Shown: positions 12,104 to 21,990 of the stretch, piece by piece
Position numbering within the stretch: the first letter of the stretch is position 1
How the letters are laid out: each line of letters begins with the position of its first letter
Assembly: GCA_039698055.1 (NCBI GenBank)
Contig: JBDKTL010000007.1
Coordinates: 32,001 to 96,000 of the forward strand
DNA: 64,000 bases
Reading direction: 5' to 3'
Source of the DNA: Methanoregula sp.
Lineage (GTDB): Archaea; Halobacteriota; Methanomicrobia; Methanomicrobiales; Methanospirillaceae
Notes under the pieces: generated by a model
What the model was told of the DNA's origin: nothing
Database searches by the model: none
The model's input: the letters and a program-made list of their open reading frames with translations, nothing else
Program-made: the position numbers and the translations under genes

Positions 12104-12307
12104 ATGGTCAGGATAAAGAAAAACAAACCACCCATTTCTGGAGAGGCTCGTTCGTTTCGAACGGTACGAAGGCTGAATCTGAACCAGACGTATATCCCGA
12201 TAAAGATTGGGGTCATAGCCGGGTATATACTTCTCGGACTCCTTTCTGCATCCACCTCGATGTTTGGGATCCTTGTCGGAGCTCTTCTTCGATTGGCAGG
12301 ATTCTGA
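12104..12307 (+). CDS. Small hypothetical membrane protein
   Basis: 67 aa, basic N-terminus and hydrophobic C-terminus; purine-rich upstream sequence after an AT-rich promoter-like tract. Confidence 0.45.
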   Translation: MVRIKKNKPPISGEARSFRTVRRLNLNQTYIPIKIGVIAGYILLGLLSASTSMFGILVGALLRLAGF

Positions 12308-12403
12308 TCTCCCAACAGGAAATTCAGGCTCCCACAAATGTACATCGCGCTTCCTGCCGGGTTGGGCATGAGATCATTTTTTTAACGGAAAAAAAAGTGT
12401 TTC

Positions 12404-12844
12404 TTACTTCACAACGATAGTCCCATGCATCGAGCGATGGATAGCACATGAATAGTCAAATGTTCCGGCAGTATCGAATTTTACCGAGCAGGATTGGCTT
12501 GGAGAGAGGAGGCCCGTTCCACACGCAAGCCCCGACTCTTTTGTGAAGGTTACGGTGTGGGGGGTATCATCATAGTTCACCCACCGGACAATTGCGCCTT
12601 TAGTAACAGTCAGTGTTGCAGGGTCATACGCCATGTTCTGAATGCTGATCGTATTCGCTGATACCGAATCGGTCTTCGTTGGCGCAGCAGTCGCAGTCGC
12701 GATCGCAACCGGAGGTGATTCCCTGGGGGTTATTAGTGTCGCTGCAGGAGTGCCCGTGGGAGGCGGCGATACGGTCTGTGGTTGCGAACATCCGCATACC
12801 AGCAGCAGGATAATGACGGTAATGGGCAGGAGGACTGGTTTCAT
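12404..12844 (-). CDS. Cupredoxin (plastocyanin/halocyanin-like) lipoprotein
   Basis: Lipobox-like LVCGC, P/T-rich linker, type-1 Cu ligands in PHTV and C-A-I-H-R-S-M. Confidence 0.88.
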   Translation of the reverse strand: MKPVLLPITVIILLLVCGCSQPQTVSPPPTGTPAATLITPRESPPVAIATATAAPTKTDSVSANTISIQNMAYDPATLTVTKGAIVRWVNYDDTPHTVTFTKESGLACGTGLLSPSQSCSVKFDTAGTFDYSCAIHRSMHGTIVVK

Positions 12845-12848
12845 AGAA

Positions 12849-15071
12849 TCAGGTATCCTCCGTATTACTATAAGAGTATGGGTCGGGAAACAAAACCTCT
12901 GTAGGTATATTGTTATTATCAGGAGCGCGAGGACCTTTTATCGCATCCGGCTCACCAAGCACCGTAACCGGTACCCGGCCGATAACATCCTGGAACGATT
13001 CAATATGGAAATAATCAGACAGGATCATATCCTTAAAAGCGGTAGCCGGAAGCGCCCTGGCAAATTTCCAGTTCTCATGAGACGGGAGGGAAAGGGCAGA
13101 TCCAATCTCCGTCCGGGAAAGCGCGGGGATTTTTTGTATTGCGTTTGCAACGATCTGTAACCCATCCTCCTTTCCCGCTCTCATCACGAATATCCGAAAA
13201 TCATCATACCGGACCTGAACATGTCCGCCGATAATTTTCCTGATAAGACTGCCAAGGACCCGGTTGAACGGGCTTCCGTAAAAAGAGTACACGACAACCA
13301 TCGTACCCCGCCTGCCATGCTCCTGACAAACATAGATTCCCCGTTCGCCGACACCCTCAGGGTAAGGTGCAAGCGCGTGTTTGAGCGATAGTTTCTCCTC
13401 CTTTCCCAGCGGCAACAACGTATCCTGCCGGGCAATTATCCTCTGGACTGCATTGCATACCAAGGAGGAATACCCTTGTTCCCCGCCCCCGGACCAGAAA
13501 ACACGGGATTTTTCGCTCGCGTGGGGAACAACAACAACCAGGTTATGCTGTTCGTCACACTTCACCATTGACCAGCTCTGGCCGCCAAGAGAGAATTCCC
13601 CGGAATCCGGGCTGTTGACAAACCGTGCATCCAGTTTTCCTACAAAATCCCCATCTGGAGTGACGGCACGGTACTCTCCGCTGCCGCTGATGACCGAGTA
13701 CAGATCTTTCCAGTTCGAACGCCCGAACACCCGCTCTGCCTCGATTCCCGGCATGACCATGTCCCCATCAGGAGCGAGATACCCTTCAACAACAAGATGG
13801 GATACGATCTCTTCACAACCAGCTAAAGGCAGTGCAGAAAAAGCCGGATGGGCTCGCAGTTCGCGGACAAGTCTTTTCCTGCTGATGCGGGAGGCATGGA
13901 AGAGAAGGAGGAACAATTGCTGAAGAAAAACATTGTAGGGTTTTAAGAGCGGCTGGAGGTGTTCAACTTCTTTATTGATGGCACACTCCATGATCGCACA
14001 GCTGCAGAGAAGGTCACCGGGGTTTGCAAGAATCCACGCAACAAACGCAGACCCTCCTCTCCGTCCGGTTCGTCCCATCCGCTGGAGAAATGATGATACC
14101 GATCCCGGCGGGCCAATTTGTACGACCACGTCAAGATCCCCGATATCGATTCCCAGTTCAAGAGTACTTGTACAGATAATACAGGCACCATCGTCACGGT
14201 GGAATGCATCTTCAGCAGTTTTCCGGAGGGCTGTCGAGAGCGACGAATGATGGATATGCAGGTTCAAAATACGCCCGCACGCCGATTTCATGATCCGTTC
14301 AGCGATACTGCGGCTGTTGACAAACACCAGCGCCTTTCTGCCGGCAACGATGCGGACAAGTGCATCAACCTGTTTTTCTTCATCTTCCTCGACAACGAAG
14401 AGGAATTCATTTTTTTTCGGCGGCGACACCATCTCGACAACCTTGTTGTCCCGCCGCATATCAGAGAGCCATTTCAGGATCTCTACCGGATTTCCGGCAG
14501 TCGCTGAAAGACCGATGCGCTGGATTGGATACAGGGTGATACGGTCAAGACGGTCGAGAAGGATTTTCAGGTGCACTCCCCGCTCTGATTCAACAAAGGC
14601 ATGGAGCTCATCAATAATGACGTACCTTATGTTGTGGAGGTCCGGGCAAATTTCTTTTTCCTGAAGGAGGACTTCAAGTGATTCCGGCGTGATCATCAGA
14701 ATATGCGGCGGTTCCCCATCTTTCCATCGCCGATCACCTTTGGGAACATCCCCATGCCATTTTTGTAAAGTGACGCCTGTCGGGACGCAGAATGCAGAAA
14801 AACGTTCTTCCTGATCGTTGATAAGCGCCTTTAACGGGGAGATATACAGGCAGGTGATCCCGGTCCTGCCATGTTTTAAAATATCATCCATAACAGGGAT
14901 CAGCGCCGCTTCAGATTTCCCACCGGCAGTCGGCGCGAGGACAAGTACATCGCTCCCTTCGGTTATCGCTTTATACGATCGCTCCTGGACTTCCCGCAGT
15001 TCATTCCACCCCAGCCGCTGGTTCAGCACATGCTGGAGAGATTCATGCAGGATGGAAAATACTGGTGCCAC
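12849..15071 (-). CDS. Lhr-like DEAD/DEAH box helicase
   Basis: APTAGGKSE, TPESL, DELH, SAT, TSTLELGID, QRMGRTGR. Confidence 0.9.
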   Translation of the reverse strand: MAPVFSILHESLQHVLNQRLGWNELREVQERSYKAITEGSDVLVLAPTAGGKSEAALIPVMDDILKHGRTGITCLYISPLKALINDQEERFSAFCVPTGVTLQKWHGDVPKGDRRWKDGEPPHILMITPESLEVLLQEKEICPDLHNIRYVIIDELHAFVESERGVHLKILLDRLDRITLYPIQRIGLSATAGNPVEILKWLSDMRRDNKVVEMVSPPKKNEFLFVVEEDEEKQVDALVRIVAGRKALVFVNSRSIAERIMKSACGRILNLHIHHSSLSTALRKTAEDAFHRDDGACIICTSTLELGIDIGDLDVVVQIGPPGSVSSFLQRMGRTGRRGGSAFVAWILANPGDLLCSCAIMECAINKEVEHLQPLLKPYNVFLQQLFLLLFHASRISRKRLVRELRAHPAFSALPLAGCEEIVSHLVVEGYLAPDGDMVMPGIEAERVFGRSNWKDLYSVISGSGEYRAVTPDGDFVGKLDARFVNSPDSGEFSLGGQSWSMVKCDEQHNLVVVVPHASEKSRVFWSGGGEQGYSSLVCNAVQRIIARQDTLLPLGKEEKLSLKHALAPYPEGVGERGIYVCQEHGRRGTMVVVYSFYGSPFNRVLGSLIRKIIGGHVQVRYDDFRIFVMRAGKEDGLQIVANAIQKIPALSRTEIGSALSLPSHENWKFARALPATAFKDMILSDYFHIESFQDVIGRVPVTVLGEPDAIKGPRAPDNNNIPTEVLFPDPYSYSNTEDT

Positions 15072-15163
15072 GTTCGTACAAGAGCATTATCCCGGACGTC
15101 TTATGGTCTTTTGGGCGGGGGTGATTTTTTTAATACACCGCTTTGAAGTAAATTTGCAAACAG

Positions 15164-15171
15164 TTATATAC
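15164..15171 (+). promoter_or_regulatory. Putative TATA box of the symporter operon
   Basis: TTATATAC preceded by a purine-rich BRE-like GCAAACAG, about 20 nt upstream of the structured leader. Confidence 0.55.
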
Positions 15172-15191
15172 AAATATCCGCATAGAAAAAA

Positions 15192-15330
15192 TCTGGTAAA
15201 CAAATGACAGCACCATGGGTTTGTAGTACCGGTTTTTTCCTTAACCCATGCTTCGCATTCACTTTTAGATAGGGAACCAGGTATTTTCCCGGTTCCCTGT
15301 GCATTGTCGTGATTAACGTTTACCAGAGGT
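15192..15330 (+). ncRNA. Candidate structured cis-regulatory 5' leader RNA
   Basis: Nested stems TCTGGTAAAC/GTTTACCAGA, ATGACA-GCAC/GTGC-at-TGTCGT, CATGGGTT/AACCCATG and AGGGAACC/GGTTCCCT; the closing stem overlaps the GAGGT SD-like site. Confidence 0.55.
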
Positions 15331-15336
15331 TTTTGT

Positions 15337-15462
15337 ATGCTTCTTGGAATTCCTGACGTATGGATATTGATCGGCTATGGCCTTGCCATCGGCTTTACGT
15401 TCGCGTGTATTGTATACGGTTACCTGCACTGGAATGAGGGGGGTAAACCGGATGGCAGTTAA
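15337..15462 (+). CDS. Symporter small accessory protein (41 aa, one TM)
   Basis: Below the ORF-track cutoff: MLLGIPDVWILIGYGLAIGFTFACIVYGYLHWNEGGKPDGS; SD GAGGT; overlaps the symporter start. Confidence 0.85.
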   Translation: MLLGIPDVWILIGYGLAIGFTFACIVYGYLHWNEGGKPDGS

Positions 15463-17023
15463 TCCGCTTACGATGGCGATTCTGGTGCTCATCTATCTTG
15501 CAGCAACCCTCATAATCGGGTACCTTGGATATAAAAAGACAAAAAATTCCGAAGACTATCTTGTCGCAGGCAGGTCCAGTCATCCGGTGATTATCGCACT
15601 CTCTTATGGCGCGACGTTCATCTCTACGTCCGCAATTATCGGTTTTGGTGGCCAGGCTGCGAATCTTGGGATGGGGCTTATCTGGCTCACGGTTTTAAAC
15701 ATCGGTGTCGGCATCCTTCTCGCGTTCGTCATGTTCGGGAAAAAAACACGGGAGATTGGCCAGCGGGTTAAAGCGGTTACATTCCCTGACCTGATGTGCA
15801 AAATCTACAAATCCCCGCTCCTGCAGTACATCAGCGGATTTGTCATCGTTATTTCGATGCCACTCTATACGGCCGCTATTCTCATCGGAGGGGCGAGGTT
15901 CATAGAACCGACACTCAACATTTCGTATACCGTATCGCTCATTTTATTTGCTTTAATAACTGCCGTCTATGTTATTTTCGGCGGCATTATCGCTGTAATG
16001 TATAATGATGCTTTCCAGGGCACCATCATGCTGATCGGGATGAGCCTGCTGCTTGTGCTGACCTATGTTGCTGTTGGCGGGATCTCTGCAGGCAACCTGG
16101 CTCTTACAAATATGGCTAATCTTGTCCCAAAAGCGCTTGCGGACCAGGGGATGACCGGCTGGACAACTATGCCCTCATTTGGATCGCCAATATGGCTTAC
16201 GCTTATTACAACGATTGTCCTGGGGGTTGGTATCGGCGTTCTCGCGCAACCGCAGCTGGTTGTGCGGTTCATGACGGCAAAGGATAACAAATCACTGAAC
16301 AGGGCGATTCTGGTTGGTGGCCCGTTTATCCTGATGATGACCGGTGTCGCATTCACGGTAGGCGCCCTGACAAACGTATATTTCTTCCAGACGTCCGGCA
16401 CGATAGCTCTTACTGCCGCTGGTGGAAATGTCGATGCTATCATGCCGCTTTTCATTAACCAGGCGATGCCGGACATTTTCGTAATCATCTTTATGCTCAC
16501 CCTGCTCTCAGCAGCCATGTCTACCCTGAGTGCGCTGTACCATGCGATGGGTACAGCGATAACCTGCGATCTCTGGGGCAGAGGGCGAGCGTGTGCGCTC
16601 TCCCTCCGGCATAACCAGTACGGAATAATCGTTATGATGGTCATAAGCACGCTCCTTGCATTCGCACTGCCCGTAAGCATCATCGCACGGGCAACCGCGA
16701 TGTTTATGGGACTTTGTGCGGCGGCGTTCCTCCCGGCATTTGCCATCGGGGTGTACGCGAAAGTACCGTCAACGAAGGCCGCACTGTGCAGCATGATTTC
16801 CGGTGCAGTGATCTGGTTTTTCTGGACGGCATTTATCCACACAGCAGAGGCGAAATCGCTTGGCATCTGCCAGTTCATCTTCAATAAGCCATCGCTCCTG
16901 CCACTTCCCTGGTCAGTTGTCGATCCGATTGTTATCGCCCTGCCAATATCCATGGCGATTATGATCGTCTTACAATGGAACTCTTCCCGCCAGCAGTCCC
17001 TCCCCACGGGGGTAACCGGATAA
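15452..17023 (+). CDS. Sodium:solute symporter family protein
   Basis: DYLVAGR, ATFISTSAIIG, about 13 TMs, AAMSTLS; ATG at 15452. Confidence 0.93.
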   Translation: MAVNPLTMAILVLIYLAATLIIGYLGYKKTKNSEDYLVAGRSSHPVIIALSYGATFISTSAIIGFGGQAANLGMGLIWLTVLNIGVGILLAFVMFGKKTREIGQRVKAVTFPDLMCKIYKSPLLQYISGFVIVISMPLYTAAILIGGARFIEPTLNISYTVSLILFALITAVYVIFGGIIAVMYNDAFQGTIMLIGMSLLLVLTYVAVGGISAGNLALTNMANLVPKALADQGMTGWTTMPSFGSPIWLTLITTIVLGVGIGVLAQPQLVVRFMTAKDNKSLNRAILVGGPFILMMTGVAFTVGALTNVYFFQTSGTIALTAAGGNVDAIMPLFINQAMPDIFVIIFMLTLLSAAMSTLSALYHAMGTAITCDLWGRGRACALSLRHNQYGIIVMMVISTLLAFALPVSIIARATAMFMGLCAAAFLPAFAIGVYAKVPSTKAALCSMISGAVIWFFWTAFIHTAEAKSLGICQFIFNKPSLLPLPWSVVDPIVIALPISMAIMIVLQWNSSRQQSLPTGVTG

Positions 17024-17112
17024 CCGAAGGATAAAAAAGACACGGGGAATGGATTAAATTGGCCATCCTGACCACAGATACTTTTTTTTGGTCAAAGAAA
17101 CGAAAATTAACC

Positions 17113-17445
17113 ATGGAACTCGCGCAGAAAAAATGTTCTACGTATAAGCCCGGATCCCCACCCCTCACCAGAAAGGATACTATTGAACTTTTAAAGGAAG
17201 TTCCCGGATGGTCAATGGATAACGGGCATCTCACACGGACATTCACCTATGACGACAGTGGAAAATCCATTGAATTCGTTAATGATGTTCTCACGCTGTC
17301 CACGCAGGAAGGACACATTCCGGATATCGCTATGAAAGAAGGGCGGTTTGTCACCGTGTCATTTTACTCGTATCCAGCGGGAGGGCTCACCCTGAATGAT
17401 TTTATTATGGCCGCAAAAATTAATGAACGAGATATTACTAAATAA
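17113..17445 (+). CDS. Pterin-4-alpha-carbinolamine dehydratase-like protein
   Basis: EGHIPDI (HHP-like) and GGLTLNDFIMAAKI. Confidence 0.8.
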   Translation: MELAQKKCSTYKPGSPPLTRKDTIELLKEVPGWSMDNGHLTRTFTYDDSGKSIEFVNDVLTLSTQEGHIPDIAMKEGRFVTVSFYSYPAGGLTLNDFIMAAKINERDITK

Positions 17446-17480
17446 TCATCCCCGTTTTTACATTTTGTTGACTCGTCTCT

Positions 17481-17885
17481 TCACTGGGGGAAATTCCGGA
17501 TTACCTTCTCCCGTATTGCTTCTTTTGGGTACGCGCCGATAATACGGTCTACCATCTTCCCGTGCGAGAAGAGAACAATATTTGGAATTGCTGATATGTT
17601 GAACTGCAGGGCAATCGCCTGGTTTTCGTCGGTATTGCATTTGCCAAAGGTGACCTTTCCGGCAAATTCCTGTGCGAGCTCCTCAATTGCAGGAGCAACC
17701 CGTTTGCAGGGACCGCACCAGTCTGCCCAGAAATCGATGACAAGGGCAGGATTTTTTGCTAATATCTCCGCAAACTGCAACTGGTTTATCTCAATTACCT
17801 GCCCGCTTGTTCCCGCATGATCCATTTTCTCTTTGAGTTCATGCATCCGTTTCTCACGGAGCGTCTTGAGATCTTCATCATCCAT
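17481..17885 (-). CDS. trxA: Thioredoxin
   Basis: DFWADWCGPC, cis-Pro AIP, archaeal N-terminal helix. Confidence 0.93.
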   Translation of the reverse strand: MDDEDLKTLREKRMHELKEKMDHAGTSGQVIEINQLQFAEILAKNPALVIDFWADWCGPCKRVAPAIEELAQEFAGKVTFGKCNTDENQAIALQFNISAIPNIVLFSHGKMVDRIIGAYPKEAIREKVIRNFPQ

Positions 17886-17994
17886 AGTTTCCCGTATACA
17901 AGCGCTGCTAATTGAATGTAACGAACAGGGCCATGCGGCGCAAGTGAGTAAAGTATATCAGCGCCTGCCGACAATAGTATTACCCTGACTGTGC

Positions 17995-18069
17995 AGCGAG
18001 GTAGGGTAGTCAGGATATCCCGACGGGCTCATAACCCGTAGATCGATGGTTCAAATCCATCCCTCGCTA
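17995..18069 (+). tRNA. Initiator tRNA-Met(CAT)
   Basis: A1:U72 acceptor AGCGAGG/CCTCGCT, GGG/CCC anticodon stem, CTCATAA loop. Confidence 0.95.
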
Positions 18070-18113
18070 CTTTTCCTTTTTATCCCCGTAAACTGCCGGG
18101 TTATTGTGCCGGA

Positions 18114-18818
18114 TCAATCCTGCTGGCAGAAGAGTGATGTCGGTCCTTTCCGGGCAACGGTTACGATAAAATTACGGTTTCTGTACACAACATCTACATC
18201 GGAAAAACCGGCCTCGTGCAGCCACCCGAGCAGCATCGAAAGTTTCTCGTTCCTGTCCAGCGTGTCCCGGCGCCGGCGGATCTCCGCATTCTCTGGTGTA
18301 TTCAGCGGCCCGTTTTTTAAAAAATCGTCCCAGTACTCACGGTACTTCCCGGTGAAGTACGGCGTCTCGCCATCGGCCTGGTCGGCGTTGACAAAGACCC
18401 CGCCAGGTGCGAGCACGGAAAAGATCCGCTCGAAGAGCCGGCGCTTGTCATCGGGTTCAAGGTGATGGATCGAGAGCGCGGAGCAGACGAGATCGTACGG
18501 CCCGCCGAGGTCCGCCTGCGAATAATCGCCGGCCCGGAAAACGATATTTTTGTGGCCCAAGAACCGTTCCCGGGCAACGGCAAGCATTTTCTCCGAAATA
18601 TCCAGCAGGGTAAGGGTTGCAGCCGGGTATTTTTCCAGCAGCATCGCACTTAAAAGCCCGGTTCCTGCGCCGACATCGAGAATTGCAGGCATTGAGGACG
18701 GACTTTCGGCGGCCCATACCGCAACGCCGTAAAACTGCCGCATGTCGGGAATGACATACTCACGCTGGGCATCATATTCTGTTGCAACGGCATCGAAGGC
18801 TTTCCTGATATGCTCCAT
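18114..18818 (-). CDS. Class I SAM-dependent methyltransferase
   Basis: ILDVGAGTG, SALSIHHL, LAPGG; ATG at 18818. Confidence 0.9.
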   Translation of the reverse strand: MEHIRKAFDAVATEYDAQREYVIPDMRQFYGVAVWAAESPSSMPAILDVGAGTGLLSAMLLEKYPAATLTLLDISEKMLAVARERFLGHKNIVFRAGDYSQADLGGPYDLVCSALSIHHLEPDDKRRLFERIFSVLAPGGVFVNADQADGETPYFTGKYREYWDDFLKNGPLNTPENAEIRRRRDTLDRNEKLSMLLGWLHEAGFSDVDVVYRNRNFIVTVARKGPTSLFCQQD

Positions 18819-18928
18819 TCTTCCTGCACCTGAATAATCCCGGAAACCGTATACTGGATTTATTCCGGGTTGTCCGTGTAAGCACAAAAATATAGTACAA
18901 AACAGGGAACGGGTAAAAAGAAAAACCC

Positions 18929-20359
18929 TTACGATGTCCCGGATTCAAACGATTCCAGATTGGACTGGTACGTCCCGTCAATAAAATTAACCTGGCGCGG
19001 ATCGGCGGTCTCTCCGGTTATAGGAAGGGGATAGCATCCGGTGAGGCATCCGGTACAGAGATCCGAGCGGGAAAACCCAATCGCTTCAACCAATGCATCA
19101 AGAGAGATATGGTGGAGAGAAGTCGCCGTGATGCTATGCCGGACTTCATCCTGGACTTTATCGCTTGCTATGAGTTCTTTTCTGGTAGGCATATCCACGC
19201 CAAGGTAGCAGGGCGCCTTTATCGCAGGCGAGCCTATTCTCATATGAACCTCACGAGCCCCGGCATCGCGCATCATTTCAATAATCCGCTTTGACGTTGT
19301 GCCCCGCACAATACTGTCATCTACAAGGACGATGGATTTGTTTTTCAGGTGTGCAGGAATCGGGTTGAGCTTGATCCGCACTGCCCGTTCCCGCTCCTTC
19401 TGGGTCGGCATGATAAATGTCCGCCCCATGTACCGGTTCTTCATCAGGCTTTCGACAAACGGAATTTTTGAATATTCCGCGTACCCGATTGCATACGCCG
19501 TCCCGGAGTCAGGAACCGAGCAAACCGAGTCGGCTTTCACCGGAGCCTCTTCATGAAGTTTCTGCCCAATGCTCCGCCGTACATCATAGACCAGGACCCC
19601 ATCCATTACCGCATCAGCACGGGCAAAATAGATATATTCAAAGATACAGTGGGCGCGTTTGCCGGCAACAGCGATTTGATTGCACCGGACCCCCTCCGCA
19701 TTCATCTGGATGAGTTCTCCGGGCTTGATGTCACGAAGGAACCTTCCTCCCAGTGCATCTACGGCAACGCTCTCCGATGCCACAATATACCCCTTTTCAA
19801 GTTTCCCGAGGCAGAACGGTTTGATGCCCAGAGGATCGCGGAACGCATAGATTACGCCATCGATCATGATGACGACCGAATATGAACCCTGCATTTTTTG
19901 CATGCAGAGTCGCACAGCATCCTCGACACACCCTGATTCACTGATCTCATCGATCAGGATCTTTGCAATAATCTCGGTGTCTGTCGTGGTAATAAAAATC
20001 TGCCCGGCCTTTTCATACTTATCGCGGAGTTCGCACGTATTAACAAGATTTCCGTTATGCGCGATCGAGATAAAATGATCCTTGAACTGGAAATTGAGCG
20101 GCTGAATATTTTCGGGAAGGTTGGCACCCGTTGTCGGATACCGGACATGACCGATACCGGCAGTCCCTTTAAGATCTTTTAAAACAGAAGGAGAAAAAAC
20201 GTCGGCAACAAGTCCCTGCCCCTTGAATTTGCAGAGATTTGTGCCATCGAATGTAGATATCCCAGCGCTTTCCTGGCCACGATGCTGCAGCGCGTACAGG
20301 GCATAATACAGTTGGATGGAAACACCGCCAGCATCGACGATGCCAACGATACCACACAT
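18929..20359 (-). CDS. purF: Amidophosphoribosyltransferase
   Basis: MCGIVG, QHRGQE, VDDSIVRGTTS, Fe-S cysteines. Confidence 0.97.
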   Translation of the reverse strand: MCGIVGIVDAGGVSIQLYYALYALQHRGQESAGISTFDGTNLCKFKGQGLVADVFSPSVLKDLKGTAGIGHVRYPTTGANLPENIQPLNFQFKDHFISIAHNGNLVNTCELRDKYEKAGQIFITTTDTEIIAKILIDEISESGCVEDAVRLCMQKMQGSYSVVIMIDGVIYAFRDPLGIKPFCLGKLEKGYIVASESVAVDALGGRFLRDIKPGELIQMNAEGVRCNQIAVAGKRAHCIFEYIYFARADAVMDGVLVYDVRRSIGQKLHEEAPVKADSVCSVPDSGTAYAIGYAEYSKIPFVESLMKNRYMGRTFIMPTQKERERAVRIKLNPIPAHLKNKSIVLVDDSIVRGTTSKRIIEMMRDAGAREVHMRIGSPAIKAPCYLGVDMPTRKELIASDKVQDEVRHSITATSLHHISLDALVEAIGFSRSDLCTGCLTGCYPLPITGETADPRQVNFIDGTYQSNLESFESGTS

Positions 20360-20368
20360 GGTAAATCT

Positions 20369-20551
20369 CTAATGCGTTGGGATTTTTGGTCTTTTGGTAT
20401 TCCACTTATTGCTGACCAGTTTCGTGCTTCTGCCAAAACCACAGGCAGAGCAGACTTTTTTCTGGGCGTGATACGAGATCTTCCCACAGCGCCGGCAGGC
20501 GATATGGGTCTTCTTGTTTCTCTTGCCCATTGACGGAGTGCCTTTTGTCAT
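20369..20551 (-). CDS. rpl37e: 50S ribosomal protein L37e
   Basis: [15 protein letters not shown]...CSAC. Confidence 0.96.
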   Translation of the reverse strand: MTKGTPSMGKRNKKTHIACRRCGKISYHAQKKVCSACGFGRSTKLVSNKWNTKRPKIPTH

Positions 20552-20561
20552 GTTAATTCAC

Positions 20562-20864
<303 letters not shown>

Positions 20865-21001
20865 TCAGAAACCGTAAAACTCAAACGATGATTTTGTTTT
20901 TCCGGATCTGCCTGCTGATATGTACGGAGTAACTGGTATTAATCTTTTTTAGCGGTGGCAAATTTTTTCATACCGGGAAGATGAATGTAAAAACAGAAAC
21001 A

Positions 21002-21499
21002 ATGAAAAAAATTATCGTAAAAAAACGGCATTCAATCCGCAAAAGCCAGGCACAGGATCTGCTTGAGCGCTTATCTCTCCAGATAGGGCCGTCTTCTTTG
21101 CTCTTCCATGCCGATATGATTGAAATTCTTGAGACCAACGCGGATATTGCAATTTACCTGGTGAACAAAAAACCGCTGCTGATGGATACCGGGGATTGGG
21201 TATTTCCCACGCTTAAAGGTGCGTTACAAATCCCCTTCCCGGAGCGCAGGGTGAGAGTGGATGCCGGTGCAATTCCCTACGTGATCAACGGGGCAGACGT
21301 GATGCGCCCGGGAATAGTTGGCGTTTCTGACGACGTAAAGGCAAAGGGACCCGTTCAGATCGTAGATGAACGGCATGGTAAACCTCTTGCTATCGGGGTT
21401 GCCCTCTTTGAGGGTCCCGCAATCCTTGAAAGCGTGTCGGGAAAAATGTGCAAAAATGTTCATCACGTCGGTGATGAATTATGGAGCCTGGAATTGTAG
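21002..21499 (+). CDS. PUA-domain RNA-binding protein (MCT-1/DUF1947-like)
   Basis: FPTL, VDAGAIPYVINGADVMRPGI, HHVGD. Confidence 0.9.
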   Translation: MKKIIVKKRHSIRKSQAQDLLERLSLQIGPSSLLFHADMIEILETNADIAIYLVNKKPLLMDTGDWVFPTLKGALQIPFPERRVRVDAGAIPYVINGADVMRPGIVGVSDDVKAKGPVQIVDERHGKPLAIGVALFEGPAILESVSGKMCKNVHHVGDELWSLEL

Positions 21500-21621
21500 A
21501 TCGCGCAAAAACAATAAAATCGGAAAAATAATCCCCGTTTAAGCAGTTTAATCAGAAAAAATGACTGCCGGAGCCTCTTCAAATAGATACTATTAAATAA
21601 GTATCATCATACAGTTTTTTT

Positions 21622-21990
21622 ATGGTTAAGATCATAGACACACTTCTTGGGAAGAGTTCCGCAAGCACGGACGATGATTACATGGAACTCGATCTCGCCT
21701 CGTATGAGGAACATGGCGGTTCTGCCCCGGCACTTCTTGTAAAAATTGCGACCATCGCAGATCTTAAAGACACTCCCCGTGTCAAGGATGAAGTTTACAA
21801 CGGGAACATTGTAATTGTCGACATCTCACGCCTTAAAATGGACAAGATCTCCTATGAGCGCGTCCTAAAGGACTTAAAAGAAGTCGCAAAAGATGTAAAC
21901 GGGGATATCATCGGCCTTGGAGACCAGCGGTATGTTGTCCTTACACCAATGTCGGTGAAGATCTCGCGCGACAAGATCGGTGGGGCATAA
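21622..21990 (+). CDS. sepF: Cell division protein SepF
   Basis: Amphipathic N-terminus, GNIVIVDI, GDI...VLTP. Confidence 0.88.
   Translation: MVKIIDTLLGKSSASTDDDYMELDLASYEEHGGSAPALLVKIATIADLKDTPRVKDEVYNGNIVIVDISRLKMDKISYERVLKDLKEVAKDVNGDIIGLGDQRYVVLTPMSVKISRDKIGGA

Noticed and set aside
12849-15071. Lhr-like helicase as part of a BREX or DISARM system
   Set aside because: No partner defence genes adjacent.
11715-18069. Integrated element at tRNA-Ser or tRNA-Met
   Set aside because: No duplicated tRNA 3' end and no integrase seen.
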